Part shown: positions 19,555-29,576 of the stretch, one piece after another
How the letters are laid out: each line of letters starts with the position of its first letter
How positions within the stretch are numbered: position 1 is the stretch's first letter
Assembly (NCBI GenBank): GCA_965200315.1
Contig: OZ241362.1
Location: forward strand, 1 to 64,000
Direction: 5' to 3'
DNA length: 64,000 nt
From: Candidatus Latescibacterota bacterium
Lineage (GTDB): Bacteria > Latescibacterota > UBA2968 > UBA8231
Translations under genes and position numbers: made by a program
Notes under the pieces: model-generated
Databases searched by the model: none
Seen by the model: only the letters and a program-made list of their open reading frames with translations
Told to the model about the DNA's origin: nothing

Positions 19555-21015
19555 ATGTTGGATATAGGCGACAGGAAGCAGCTTTTTATCGACGAGCGAT
19601 TTTTTGCCGAGCGCGAAGGGATCGCGTTGCAAATGGGAACGCCGGTGCAGCATTTAGAGCCGGTGTTGCGGCCAGATCGGGCGTGGGAGGAGTGGGGGAT
19701 TGGGGCGTACAATACGGTGTGGCGGGAGGCGGATGGTCAGTGGCGGATGTGGTACGACGCGACCATGAAGACGGGGTTGCCGATGGAGGGGGCGCGGCGG
19801 TTGGGCTACGCAGAGTCCGCGGATGGATTGCACTGGGAAAAGCCAGTGCTGGGCTTGGTGGAATTTCGCGGCAGCCGGGCCAACAATATCGTCGCGCCGT
19901 TGGTCGAGCAGCAGAGCATGCAAGGGGCGACCGTCTTGCGCGACGAGCGGGCGACAGCCGAGGAACGCTACAAGTTGTGGACCAAGTTCCAGCCGACCGA
20001 TGAGGAGCGGGAGCAGGGCAGCGAGCCGGGGCTGTGGGCGATGCACTCGGCCGACGGGCTGCACTGGCAGTACTACCCAAACCAGCCGAATCCGCCGCGG
20101 ACGATGTGCGACACGCAGAATATGTTTTTCTGGGACGACCGGCTTGGCCTATACGTGGGCTATGCGCGAGTTAGGGAGACCCAGCACTTGTCTGAAGCAG
20201 CCGCGGGCAAGGGCTCGTACCGCTGCGTTGGGCGGATGACCTCGCCTGATTTTAGGGATTGGTCCGCCCAAGAGATCGTCTTTGAAGCGGATGAGGAAGA
20301 TTTGCAGATCCCGGTGCCGTTCCAGCGCGACGACCCCCGGCCCAACATCGACTTTTACACCAGTTGCGCGACCAAGTACGACGCGGCGCAGGACGCCTAT
20401 TTCATGCTGCCGGCCGCGTACTATCACTGGGGTGAGGGCGACTTCCCGGCGACCATGGATGTGCAGTTGCTCAGTAGCCGCGACGGGATTAGCTGGCGGC
20501 GGCAGGGGGAACGCCGGGCCTTTTTGCGCCAAGGTTGGGACGGTGGCCTGCTGAGCGGGATGCTGTTTGCCAATCCGTGGTTTATCCCGGTGGGTAACGA
20601 GCTGTGGCTCTATTACAGCGGCACGGCGCGGCGGCACGGTGGCAGAGAGGACCAACGGCCGGCGCGAGCGAGCGGGATATTTCGCGCCTCGTTGCGGCTA
20701 GATGGCTTTGTGGCGGCGGTGGCGGGCTATGGAGGTGGGTCTTTCACGACGCCGCTGTTGCAGTTTGCCGGCGAGCGGTTGGTGCTGAACTTCGATGGCG
20801 GGGCCGGAGGCTGGCTGCGGGTGGAAGTGCTCGATGAGAGCGGTCAAGCGGTGCAAGCGTCTGAGGCGGTGATGGGCAATGGGGTGTGCAAGGAGGTGAG
20901 CTGGCGGCAACCCATTGGGAAGCTGGCGGGTACGCCGGTGCGGCTGCGCTTTGAGATGCGGGACGCGCGGCTCTACGCCTTGCAGATACCGACTGGCGCA
21001 GCTAATCGTCGGTAG
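19555..21015 (+). CDS. Putative five-bladed beta-propeller glycoside hydrolase-like protein
   Basis: QLFID, repeated Asp-box-like S.DGLHW, WEKP.LG, ELWLYYSG, LRLDGF. Confidence 0.75.
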   Translation: MLDIGDRKQLFIDERFFAEREGIALQMGTPVQHLEPVLRPDRAWEEWGIGAYNTVWREADGQWRMWYDATMKTGLPMEGARRLGYAESADGLHWEKPVLGLVEFRGSRANNIVAPLVEQQSMQGATVLRDERATAEERYKLWTKFQPTDEEREQGSEPGLWAMHSADGLHWQYYPNQPNPPRTMCDTQNMFFWDDRLGLYVGYARVRETQHLSEAAAGKGSYRCVGRMTSPDFRDWSAQEIVFEADEEDLQIPVPFQRDDPRPNIDFYTSCATKYDAAQDAYFMLPAAYYHWGEGDFPATMDVQLLSSRDGISWRRQGERRAFLRQGWDGGLLSGMLFANPWFIPVGNELWLYYSGTARRHGGREDQRPARASGIFRASLRLDGFVAAVAGYGGGSFTTPLLQFAGERLVLNFDGGAGGWLRVEVLDESGQAVQASEAVMGNGVCKEVSWRQPIGKLAGTPVRLRFEMRDARLYALQIPTGAANRR

Positions 21016-21429
21016 TCTGGTGATCGTACCGGTTCTATTGCTGAGCATGGTCTTTTATGGAAGCGAGGCCCAAGCCGGCAATGCGATGAAAATACTGACC
21101 GAGGGTGCTAAAGCACTCGGCGGTGCTGGTGCTGTATTCCTTATATATAGCGGCCTAAAACGCCTCATTAATCGCTAATTTCTGAAAAATTTTATTCCCC
21201 CATTGGCGTCCGTCCGCGTTTTCTCCAAACGGAATTATCTAGATGGTTGACGAGACAAAGCAGTGTGTCCGCATACCGTGATTCCCGATGTACCGCGAAG
21301 TTCGCCACCTCCTTCAGGTCTGGTCTGGACGGCCCAAAAGCAGATCGCCGGATTGCAGACTACATTTATTGAACTCGGGATTACTTCAGTGCGTGAGGTC
21401 GTCCAAGCTAAACACCACCGACGGACAAA

Positions 21430-22254
21430 ATGAAGCTAGGGATTTTCCACAAGGTTTTTGCGCGGCCGACGCTGGAGGAGAGCCTCAACGGGGTGCAGGC
21501 CGCTGGCTTGGAGGCCGTGCAGCTCGATTTGCCGGCTGCGGGCATGGAGCCAGCGGAGCTAACAGACGCCGATTGCGTACGCATTCGTGCGGCACATGCA
21601 ACGCGGGGCATTGAGATCGCCGCGCTGTCAGGGACCTTCAACATCATCGACCCCGACTTGGAAAAGCGCCGCGCTGGGATGCAGTGGCTCGCCGCGCTGG
21701 CCGCCGCAAGCGGCAAGTTGGGGACGGAACTGATCACTTCCTGCACGGGCACGCGCAATCCCGACTCGCTGTGGGGCGGCCATCCCGACAACAGCACGCC
21801 GGCCGCATGGGCCGAGATGGTCGCGGCTATGGAGGAAGCTGTGGGAATCGCCGAGGCGCAGGGCGCGACTCTCGTGTTCGAGCCGGAGGTCAACAATGTG
21901 GTAGATTCGGCTCAGAAGGCGCGGCGCTTGCTCGACGAGGTGCAGTCCGCGCATTTGCAGGTGGTTATCGACGGAGCCAACCTGTTCCACGCTGGCCAGC
22001 TACCGAGGATGCGCGAGGTCTTGGACGAGGCGTTCGACTTGCTCGGAGATGCGATTCGGCTGGCCCACGCCAAGGACTTGGAGCGGGACGGCGACGCCGG
22101 GCACCAAGCCGCGGGCACGGGTTTGCTCGACTACGATCACTACTTGGTACGCTTGCGGCAGATCGGCTTTGACGGGTCGTTGATATTGCACAGCCTCGAA
22201 GAGGAGCAGGTGACAGCGTCAGCGGCTTTTGTGCGCGAGCGCATGAAAATTTGA
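21430..22254 (+). CDS. Sugar phosphate isomerase/epimerase
   Basis: SGTFN, CTGTR, FEPE, DGANL, AHAKD, GLLDY. Confidence 0.9.
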   Translation: MKLGIFHKVFARPTLEESLNGVQAAGLEAVQLDLPAAGMEPAELTDADCVRIRAAHATRGIEIAALSGTFNIIDPDLEKRRAGMQWLAALAAASGKLGTELITSCTGTRNPDSLWGGHPDNSTPAAWAEMVAAMEEAVGIAEAQGATLVFEPEVNNVVDSAQKARRLLDEVQSAHLQVVIDGANLFHAGQLPRMREVLDEAFDLLGDAIRLAHAKDLERDGDAGHQAAGTGLLDYDHYLVRLRQIGFDGSLILHSLEEEQVTASAAFVRERMKI

Positions 22255-22268
22255 GAAAGGGACGAGCG

Positions 22269-23315
22269 ATGTCTGAAGGCAAGTTGCGTGCGGCCGTTAT
22301 TGGCGCTGGCGTGGGTGGGGGGCACGGATACGCTTATGCCCGCGCCCCGGAATACGAATTCGCGGCGGTCTGCGACATAAACCCGGAGGTGTTGGCACGT
22401 TTTTACGAGCGGTCTGAGATTGAGCGAGGCTCCATCGCCGAATACGCGGATTACCGTGCGATGTTAGAACGGGAACGCCTCGATGTGGTGAGTGTGGCCA
22501 CCCCGGATCACCTCCACGCCGGCCCGGTCTGCGATGCGGTGGCCGCGGGCGTGCGCGGCATTTTCTGCGAGAAGCCGCTGGCGACCACTGCGGAGGACGC
22601 CGACCGCATCATCGACGCGCTCACCCGCCACAACGCGGTGTTGTCGGTGGATCACACGCGCAGTTGGCTGCCTTCCTATCAGGCCGTGCGCACGGCCATC
22701 CGCAGCGGCGAGATCGGCAGCCTGACGAGGATTGTAGCGCACCTCGGAGGCCGGCGCGCCATGCTCTTTCGCAATGGGACGCACTTGGTGGATGCGATGT
22801 GCTTTTTTGCGGACGCCGAGCCGGTGTGGGTAATTGCTGCACACGAGCGCGGGTTTGAAGACTACGGCTTGGTGTACGACGGCCGGGGCGGCAGAGACCC
22901 GCAATTCGATCCCGGATCGACGATCATTGTGGAGTTTGCCAATGGGGTGCGCGGGCTGATCAATTGCGCCAAGCGGACGCCGCAGATGTTCGAGCTGGAC
23001 CTACAGGGCACGGACGGTCGCTTCTATATGACCGATCAGCAGTGCATGGCTTGGAAGACCGACACCTCGGAAGGGACGCCCGAGGCGGTCCCGCCACCGC
23101 CGGGCCGTGGATATACCAGTCCGTTTGGTGCGAACCTGATTCCGGCCGTGCAGGAGCTGGCGCAGGCGATTCAGGGCGAGGCCCTCAGCTCGTCGCCGGC
23201 TGAGCGCGGCCGGCACGTGTTGGAGATCATGGTAGCCGCGCTATGGTCGCAGGCTGCGGGGAGTGCGAAGGTGGAACTGCCGCTGCCGAGGGATAACCGG
23301 GATGGGCAGGATTAG
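22269..23315 (+). CDS. Gfo/Idh/MocA family oxidoreductase (paralog of 1396-2382)
   Basis: AVIGAGVGG, IFCEKPLA; shares RAMLFRNGTH with the 1396 gene. Confidence 0.9.
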   Translation: MSEGKLRAAVIGAGVGGGHGYAYARAPEYEFAAVCDINPEVLARFYERSEIERGSIAEYADYRAMLERERLDVVSVATPDHLHAGPVCDAVAAGVRGIFCEKPLATTAEDADRIIDALTRHNAVLSVDHTRSWLPSYQAVRTAIRSGEIGSLTRIVAHLGGRRAMLFRNGTHLVDAMCFFADAEPVWVIAAHERGFEDYGLVYDGRGGRDPQFDPGSTIIVEFANGVRGLINCAKRTPQMFELDLQGTDGRFYMTDQQCMAWKTDTSEGTPEAVPPPPGRGYTSPFGANLIPAVQELAQAIQGEALSSSPAERGRHVLEIMVAALWSQAAGSAKVELPLPRDNRDGQD

Positions 23316-23375
23316 GACTGGGATGGACAGGATGGGGCTTTGTGTTGTAAAACCCGCCTTCGCCTGACAAGACAG

Positions 23376-23505
23376 CTATAGCAATCCTACATGCGTTGCA
23401 AGCATGGAACGTTCATCGGCTCCGTCTTCGCTGGGGGCGAGCGGGGCCGACATCCGCGTACCCCGCCATGCTTCGCATCGTATGAATAACGTAGGATTGC
23501 CATAG
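23376..23505. other. 130-nt imperfect long hairpin (candidate structured RNA or palindromic element)
   Basis: CTATAGCAATCCTAC/GTAGGATTGCCATAG outer stem, ATGCGTTGCAAGCATGG/CCATGCTTCGCATCGTAT second stem, TCGGCTCCG/CGGGGCCGA inner stem. Confidence 0.6.
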
Positions 23506-23577
23506 TACTTCATCGTCTCCTTGACACGCTGCGATAGTACCTTCCGTTTTTTTCTCATCTTACAGGAGTATCATATC

Positions 23578-24468
23578 ATGTCGCAGGCAATGGATGATTT
23601 GAGTGGGAGCTTGGTCGCCTTGGTGACGCCGATGACGGCATCGGGTGCCGTCGATTGGGCGGTGCTGGACCGCTTGGTGGATTGGCACTTGGAGTCCGGG
23701 ACGCATGGCATTGTACCGGTGGGCACCACCGGCGAATCGGCCACGCTGACTCACGCCGAACAAAAACAGGTGATCGCAGCCGTGGTGCGTCGGGTGGATA
23801 GTCGCGTACCGGTGGTCGCAGGCACCGGTGCCAACGCGACGGCCGAGGCCATTGAGCTCACCCGGGCGGCGCAGGGCGACGGTGCCGACTATTGCCTGTC
23901 GGTGACGCCTTACTACAACAAACCAACTCAGGAGGGCCTTTACCGACACTATTGCGCCATCGCCGAGGCTGTAGACCTACCAATGGTTCTCTACAATGTG
24001 CCACCGCGCACGGCGTGCGACATGCAGGCCGCGACCGTAGCTCGATTGGCTGCTGTCGACTCTATCGTCGGCATCAAGGAGGCGTGTGGAGACCCCAACC
24101 GCGTCACCGAGCTCAAGGCGCTAGTGCCCGACAATTTCGTCCTGCTGTCCGGCGAGGACGCGCAGACGCTCACTATGGCGGGTTACGGTGTCGTCGGGGC
24201 GATTTCGGTGACCGCCAATGTCTTGCCGGCGGCCATGGCCAAGTTCTGTCAAGCGTTCATCGACAGCGACGACAAGGCCCGCGAGTTAGATGCCAAGTTG
24301 CAGCCGATTCACGAAGTCCTGTTCATGGAGACGAGCCCCATTCCAACCAAGTGGGCGCTCAACGCCATGGGCAGGATTGATAGCGGCATTCGTCTGCCAC
24401 TGGTGGAACTAACGGCACCTGTGCAGGCTGAGGTACGCAAACGACTGGAGACCTTGGGAGTACTTTAA
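23578..24468 (+). CDS. dapA: 4-hydroxy-tetrahydrodipicolinate synthase
   Basis: VALVTP, GTTGESATL, PYYNKPTQEGLY, LYNVP.RT, IVGIKEA, SPIPTKWAL. Confidence 0.96.
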   Translation: MSQAMDDLSGSLVALVTPMTASGAVDWAVLDRLVDWHLESGTHGIVPVGTTGESATLTHAEQKQVIAAVVRRVDSRVPVVAGTGANATAEAIELTRAAQGDGADYCLSVTPYYNKPTQEGLYRHYCAIAEAVDLPMVLYNVPPRTACDMQAATVARLAAVDSIVGIKEACGDPNRVTELKALVPDNFVLLSGEDAQTLTMAGYGVVGAISVTANVLPAAMAKFCQAFIDSDDKARELDAKLQPIHEVLFMETSPIPTKWALNAMGRIDSGIRLPLVELTAPVQAEVRKRLETLGVL

Positions 24469-24753
24469 CGACTTTTCTCGACCGAATCTGAAGGGTTCCT
24501 TACAGCAAGTTTTGCCTGGCGCGCAAAGGAGTCTTAAAAACATTTTTAATTCGTTTGATCACGCTTATCCGCGGGAAAAATGGACTTACATAACGGGAGC
24601 GACTCTTATTACCAACTATGGAAAATCAGCGTTGGTGCTGAATCCCAAGATGTACTGGCTTGTGCCCTTGAACACTGGCTCCGAGATTCAACAAATGATG
24701 TCAGAAGCAGGCTTTCAAGACACATAGATCCGCTCTATAGATCCTGATTTCCT

Positions 24754-26019
24754 CTACGGCTTGCCGAGCAGGACGATTCGATTGGTGTTGGTGCCTTTTT
24801 TTTGGTTGTCCACGCCCCAGCAGTTTGCGGTTTTGGTGAATAGCTGATCGTTGACCAACACCATCAGCGGCTCAAAGCCAGCCTCTTGGGCCGCGGGCAC
24901 GACGAGGGTTTCTAGTAGGACTTTGCCATTGCGGACCTCGCCCACCTCAAAGGCGACAAAGCCCCCGCTTGCGAGGACCCGGTGCAATTCTCGGAAGGTA
25001 CGAGTCATCGCCGCTTGCCAGTCTGCTGGTCTTTTCAGTTGCCATATAGCCACCTCCTTAGCGTCGATGCCGTTAAACCAGCAGCGCAGCCAGTTGTCTG
25101 CTTGGTAGTTGACAACGTCCAAAAAGGGCGGCGAGGTAACGGCGAGTTGGATGGATTCACGGGCGATGGCGGGGGTGTTGTCGGACGAGCCGGTTACGAG
25201 CAGGGGGCTACTCGCCGCCAGCGTTTTCAGATCGCCTGCTTGCAGCTTGCTCAGTAGGGAGCGCGTCTTGCGGAGCATGATGGTCTTTATGTCGCGTTCA
25301 GGCGGCACTTGAGCGCGTTTTTGGTTGATGCGTTTTTGCGACTTGATGGACACCGCCTGATTCGGCGGCAGCGTATATACGGAGAAAAACCCCGGCGAGT
25401 GTCCGGTCAGGCGGTTGGTCGCCACCATCTGAATCCACGCATCGACGCGATCGAGTGGCCCTTCTTGGCGGCGTGTGAGGAGGTAGGAGCGCAGATTGAC
25501 GATTTGGCGGAGCGTGTTGGGGTGGTAAAAAACAAGGAGATCGTCCCATACTTCGCTCGATTTGTCGAGGTCCAGTGCCGTCAAGCGCGTTTCTACCTCG
25601 GGCCATGTGGGAGGACCCAAGCGAGGGCCGACTAGGCGTTCGCTGAGGGGGTTTATGTCGCAGCCGATAGGGCGGCGGCCCAACAGCGCCGCTTCGAGCA
25701 CGGTGGTGCCGCGCCCCATGAACGGATCGTACACTGCGTGGCCGGGTTGCGTCAGGCGGCTAATGAAAAACCTCGGCAATTGCGGCTTGAAACAGGCGCG
25801 ATAGGATACCTCGTGGAGCGAGTGGGCGGCGCGTTGCTTGGCGGTCCAAAACTCGTTGACGTACACCGGAATGGAAATGGCCGGATCGGGAAAGTCGAGG
25901 ACGTGCGTCTCTTTGCCAAAATCAGCAAAGGCCTGGATTGCGGCGGCGAATTCCTCGGCGTTTAGAGGCCGCGAGCGAGGAGGTGCCGGGAGGAATAATT
26001 CGAGTTGGGGTGTAGTCAC
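24754..26019 (-). CDS. Site-specific DNA methyltransferase (N4C/N6A type, motif I before SPPF)
   Basis: YDPFMGRGTT motif I, VTSPPF motif IV; GTG start with AGGAG RBS. Confidence 0.88.
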   Translation of the reverse strand: MTTPQLELFLPAPPRSRPLNAEEFAAAIQAFADFGKETHVLDFPDPAISIPVYVNEFWTAKQRAAHSLHEVSYRACFKPQLPRFFISRLTQPGHAVYDPFMGRGTTVLEAALLGRRPIGCDINPLSERLVGPRLGPPTWPEVETRLTALDLDKSSEVWDDLLVFYHPNTLRQIVNLRSYLLTRRQEGPLDRVDAWIQMVATNRLTGHSPGFFSVYTLPPNQAVSIKSQKRINQKRAQVPPERDIKTIMLRKTRSLLSKLQAGDLKTLAASSPLLVTGSSDNTPAIARESIQLAVTSPPFLDVVNYQADNWLRCWFNGIDAKEVAIWQLKRPADWQAAMTRTFRELHRVLASGGFVAFEVGEVRNGKVLLETLVVPAAQEAGFEPLMVLVNDQLFTKTANCWGVDNQKKGTNTNRIVLLGKP

Positions 26020-26200
26020 GCTATGCTCCTGAGCAAGGCGAGAGCCTTGACACAGCTTATCTTCGCTATCGTGCCAAGCTGCCCCTGAAGCCACCAAGCG
26101 CGCACCGTGTCGGCCGGAATTTGCCAGTACGGTACGGAGGGGAAACATTCGATGTCAGAGACGATATAGCCGGCGATCTCGTCTAATTTCTGTAGAAAAC
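26016..26200 (-). pseudogene. 3' remnant of the gene coupled to the methyltransferase (possible endonuclease partner)
   Basis: FLQKLDEIAGYIVSDIECFPSVPYWQIP...; its TGA overlaps the MTase GTG (GTGA); no plausible 5' end. Confidence 0.45.
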
Positions 26201-26349
26201 TATTTATAGCAGCCTGAATGACTTGAACGATCTCGCAGCGGATCGTCTCGTGCCTACTGTATCTGCGTCTGTCTGAGAAAAATCTCGTGAGTGATGTAGG
26301 ATTGCAATTTAAGCAAGCACCTATGCTTCTTAAAGCACACTGACGTCCG

Positions 26350-27345
26350 CTACGCACCCTGCCCGCGCATCAGCGCCAAAAACCGCTGGGCGTTCCCGGC
26401 AAAGTGATCTTCGATTTCTGCGGGCGTTAGTTGCAGCATCTCGGCCACTTGCCGCTCTTGGCGCAGTTGCTCGTAGATGACGAGCGTGGCCCGCGAGTCG
26501 CAGTGCGGCGTGCCGGCCTCGTCTCCCGGGTAGAATAGCCAAGCGCGGCCATAGGTGATGTACTTGCCACGCGCACAGCCGGCGACCACGTTGTCCGACC
26601 CGAACATCACCCGCTTGCGGTCTTCGTGTTTCATCAGCAAATAATGAGCATACAGGTCGTTCACCGCCGAGGTGTCGTACCATATATTGGGCAGATCGCA
26701 CAGGAAGTGGACGGCTTCTTCCATCATAAAGGAATTGAACGAGCGGGCGCAGTGGGCCAAAATCCACTGCGCGTTGGGGTATTCACGGGTGTAGTGCGCT
26801 AAGTCGCGCTGGTTGTCTGAGTCGGCTGGGCCGGTGGGTTTGGCGAGGTGCATGGTGATGGCCAGCTTCTTGTGGTGGGCGACTTCGATGAGGGATTCCG
26901 GGAGGAAGTCGCAGATGCGGGCACCGACCGGGTCTGGGGCAAAGGTGCGGTAGGGTTTGAGCCCGAGGAAGCCGTATTCATCGACTTGGGCCGCTACGTA
27001 TTCGGGCGTCATGTCCGGGGTGACCATCATGTTGACCGCAGATTCGGGGTCGGCGGCAAGTTGGGCCGCCATCCAAGCGTTGTGCCCGGCCGCGTCCATG
27101 CCCGGCATGGGGGTGCCCAAGGCCAGCAGGTGGAAGGCCCGGCCCGGGTAGAGTTTGGCCGCCCAGTCGAGGTGATCTCGATAGTCGATCTCCATGCGCA
27201 GGCCGGTAGGCCCGCCCGTGAGAGAGCCTCGGTGGTCTTCAGACCACAGGTGCGTGTGCATGTCGTAAACTGTGGCAGGGACGAAGTCTTCAAGCTCTCG
27301 TTCCCACAGCTCGCGGTCGAAGTCTTGATAGGTAAAAGCAGGCAT
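26350..27345 (-). CDS. Amidohydrolase family protein (amidohydro_2)
   Basis: DMHTH, GFLGLKPY, ILAH, YDTS, MFGSD, GNA. Confidence 0.9.
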   Translation of the reverse strand: MPAFTYQDFDRELWERELEDFVPATVYDMHTHLWSEDHRGSLTGGPTGLRMEIDYRDHLDWAAKLYPGRAFHLLALGTPMPGMDAAGHNAWMAAQLAADPESAVNMMVTPDMTPEYVAAQVDEYGFLGLKPYRTFAPDPVGARICDFLPESLIEVAHHKKLAITMHLAKPTGPADSDNQRDLAHYTREYPNAQWILAHCARSFNSFMMEEAVHFLCDLPNIWYDTSAVNDLYAHYLLMKHEDRKRVMFGSDNVVAGCARGKYITYGRAWLFYPGDEAGTPHCDSRATLVIYEQLRQERQVAEMLQLTPAEIEDHFAGNAQRFLALMRGQGA

Positions 27346-27422
27346 GGCGTGGTGCTCCCGAGTGGCGCGTTTGACAGAGAATGGCAGGCAACCTACTGTT
27401 GCCCCAAAGGAGGAAATTCGAG

Positions 27423-28310
27423 ATGAACAAGGAAAAGATAGCACCCGAACTAGTAGTGGAAAAGGACGCGCTCATCGGCGAAGGGGCCGTTTGGGACGCG
27501 GATGACGAATTGTTGTACTGGGTCGATATCCTCGGCCACGAGGTCTATGTGTACGATCCAGTGAGCGGAATCAACCGCACCATCCCCACGTGCCAAGCCG
27601 TAGGCACGGTGGTTAAGCGGCACAGCGGCGGCCTCGTCGTGGCCTTGCACAATGGCTTTGCCCACATCGACTTGCGGACGGAGCGCATGGTGCCGCTCGG
27701 GGAGGACCCCGAGCGCACGATCCCCGCCAATCGCTTCAACGACGGCAAGTGCGATCCGGCTGGGCGGTTGTGGGCCGGAACGATGGAGTTTGGCGGTGCG
27801 ACCGATCGCGGTGCGCTCTACTGCCTCGACGTAGATCACTCAGTGAGCCAGAAGGTTGCGCCGGTCAGCGTGTCCAACGGCATCGTCTGGAGTGCCGACC
27901 AGCAGACCATGTACTTCATTGACTCCGGCTTGAACAATGTGCGCGCATACGACTACTGCCGCGACAGCGGGGCCATCAGCAACGAGCGCGTGGTGGTGGA
28001 GTACGGAGGGCCGGGGGTGTTAGACGGCATGGCCATTGACGAGGCGGATGCCTTGTGGATCGCCGTGTACGGGGGCTGGTGCGTCTTGTGCTACGATCCC
28101 CGCTCGGGGGAGTTGCTGCGCCATTTAGAGCTGCCCATGTCCAATGTGACGTCCTGCGCCTTTGGCGGCGCGGCGCTGGGCCAGCTCTACATCACCTCGG
28201 CTTGCCAAGGCTTGGATGCCGAGGCGCGGCAGGCCCAGCCTTTGGCCGGGTCGCTAGTGAGGGTCGATCCGGGCGTGCGCGGTGTGCCCTCGGATGCGTT
28301 TGCTGGCTAA
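27423..28310 (+). CDS. SMP-30/gluconolactonase/LRE family protein
   Basis: GEGAVWD, LYWVDI, RFNDGKCDPAGR, SNGIVWS, DGMAID, TSCAFGG. Confidence 0.95.
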   Translation: MNKEKIAPELVVEKDALIGEGAVWDADDELLYWVDILGHEVYVYDPVSGINRTIPTCQAVGTVVKRHSGGLVVALHNGFAHIDLRTERMVPLGEDPERTIPANRFNDGKCDPAGRLWAGTMEFGGATDRGALYCLDVDHSVSQKVAPVSVSNGIVWSADQQTMYFIDSGLNNVRAYDYCRDSGAISNERVVVEYGGPGVLDGMAIDEADALWIAVYGGWCVLCYDPRSGELLRHLELPMSNVTSCAFGGAALGQLYITSACQGLDAEARQAQPLAGSLVRVDPGVRGVPSDAFAG

Positions 28311-29095
28311 ATGGCGATGGTGCGCATCTCGTCCGACCAGTCGCGCCACATGTCCTTTTGCGGCGGCTCCTGTTGGGTTTGTTCGATGTCCTTCTTGAGA
28401 AAATCGTAGAGCACGGCTTGGCGCAGTTGGCGCGAGGTGTTCGGACTGGCCATGTGGCCGAGGCGATGGTGCCAGAAGACGATGTCGCCGGCCTGTCCAT
28501 GGGTATCGACGGGCGTGCGCTGATTGAATGCACTGCGCACTTTTTCGTAGGCGGCTTCGTTTTGGTCGCGGAGGTACTGAGAGGTGAAGGTCGGGTAGAA
28601 GGCGCGATGGCTTTCGGGCCAGACCATGAAGCTGCCGCCGTTGGGCGGTACGTCGTCGATGTAGCCAACCACGCCGAGGTGGAAAGGGTGGCCGTCGGTG
28701 TGGCAGCCTAGGGCTTGGGGCGGGTGATCGCCGTAGGGCAGGGTGCAGTAGATGCCGCGGATGCGCTCGGGCTGGACGAGCTGTCCCTTGCCGAGCATTT
28801 GTTCGGCCATGGCCCACACCTTGGGCTCGGTAGCCAGCAGGCGCACCATCCACTCCTCGCCACCCGGCTCGCGGAAGTTCCAGCGGAAGCCGCGGCGGTG
28901 GTTGGCACCGTCGGGGTTTTCTTCGTCTGCGCGGAACGGGCCAACCCAAGTGTCGGGGGCGTCGCGGCGGCGGCCCGGGGGGGCGCCGTCCCACAGCCGG
29001 GTGCGGGCGCGCTCCATGAGCGCGGAGTCGAGTACGCCGCGCTTGATGAGGTAGCCATTGCGCTTGAAGAAGCGCATTTCGTCGGTCGTCAGCAT
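28307..29095 (-). CDS. PhyH family dioxygenase
   Basis: FFKRNGYL, CHTD, VWPESH, AGDIVFWH..LGH. Confidence 0.9.
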   Translation of the reverse strand: MLTTDEMRFFKRNGYLIKRGVLDSALMERARTRLWDGAPPGRRRDAPDTWVGPFRADEENPDGANHRRGFRWNFREPGGEEWMVRLLATEPKVWAMAEQMLGKGQLVQPERIRGIYCTLPYGDHPPQALGCHTDGHPFHLGVVGYIDDVPPNGGSFMVWPESHRAFYPTFTSQYLRDQNEAAYEKVRSAFNQRTPVDTHGQAGDIVFWHHRLGHMASPNTSRQLRQAVLYDFLKKDIEQTQQEPPQKDMWRDWSDEMRTIAI

Positions 29096-29235
29096 GTTTA
29101 CCTGTTAAAGTTTGCCTGAAAAGGATAGGCAAAGAGCGTACGCTTGGAAAGCTGCTTAGGATTTAGCTTTAGGGCTGTGGCGGTCGTATATTAGAGTGGC
29201 TTACTTGATAGAGATGTACCCCCAAGGAGATCGCG

Positions 29236-29521
29236 ATGCGCTTTTTCAACACGGCAGGCGCCAGCCGGCCCGACGACCACTACTGCATCCCACCGTTGGA
29301 GCGCTTGGCTCTGGATGGGGTGCGGACGCTCATCCAACAAAAAAGTACTTCGTGCTACACGCGCCGCGTCAGACTGGCAAGCCGGCGCTACGCTATTTGT
29401 TCAACGCCGAAGTACATGGATCGCTGAGCGGCCGAGTCGGGTCCTCTGGTGATTTTTGACCGCCGCGCGGGTCGGCGTTGGGACGACAAGGTGTTTCACG
29501 GTCGCCGGACGTCGGCCAGTA
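29236..29521 (+). pseudogene. AAA-ATPase/PD-(D/E)XK gene reduced to its two ends
   Basis: MRFFNTAG...HYCIPPLER...KYFVLHAPRQTGK (Walker A, frameshift in an A-run) joined to C-terminal-type KYMDR...LVIFDRR..RWDDKVF. Confidence 0.75.
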
Positions 29522-29576
29522 GGGTGGCGATTGAGGTGGGGGGGGTAGGACCAACTTTCTAACAAACGTCGAAAGT

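Noticed and set aside
23291-23336. Short GGGATGG(G/A)CAGGAT direct repeats at the end of the Gfo gene
   Set aside because: Only two short copies; insufficient to call an element.
23340-23577. Lysine riboswitch upstream of dapA
   Set aside because: No AGAGG..GC / AAAGGG..GCCGAA core motifs seen; the hairpin is reported as unassigned instead.
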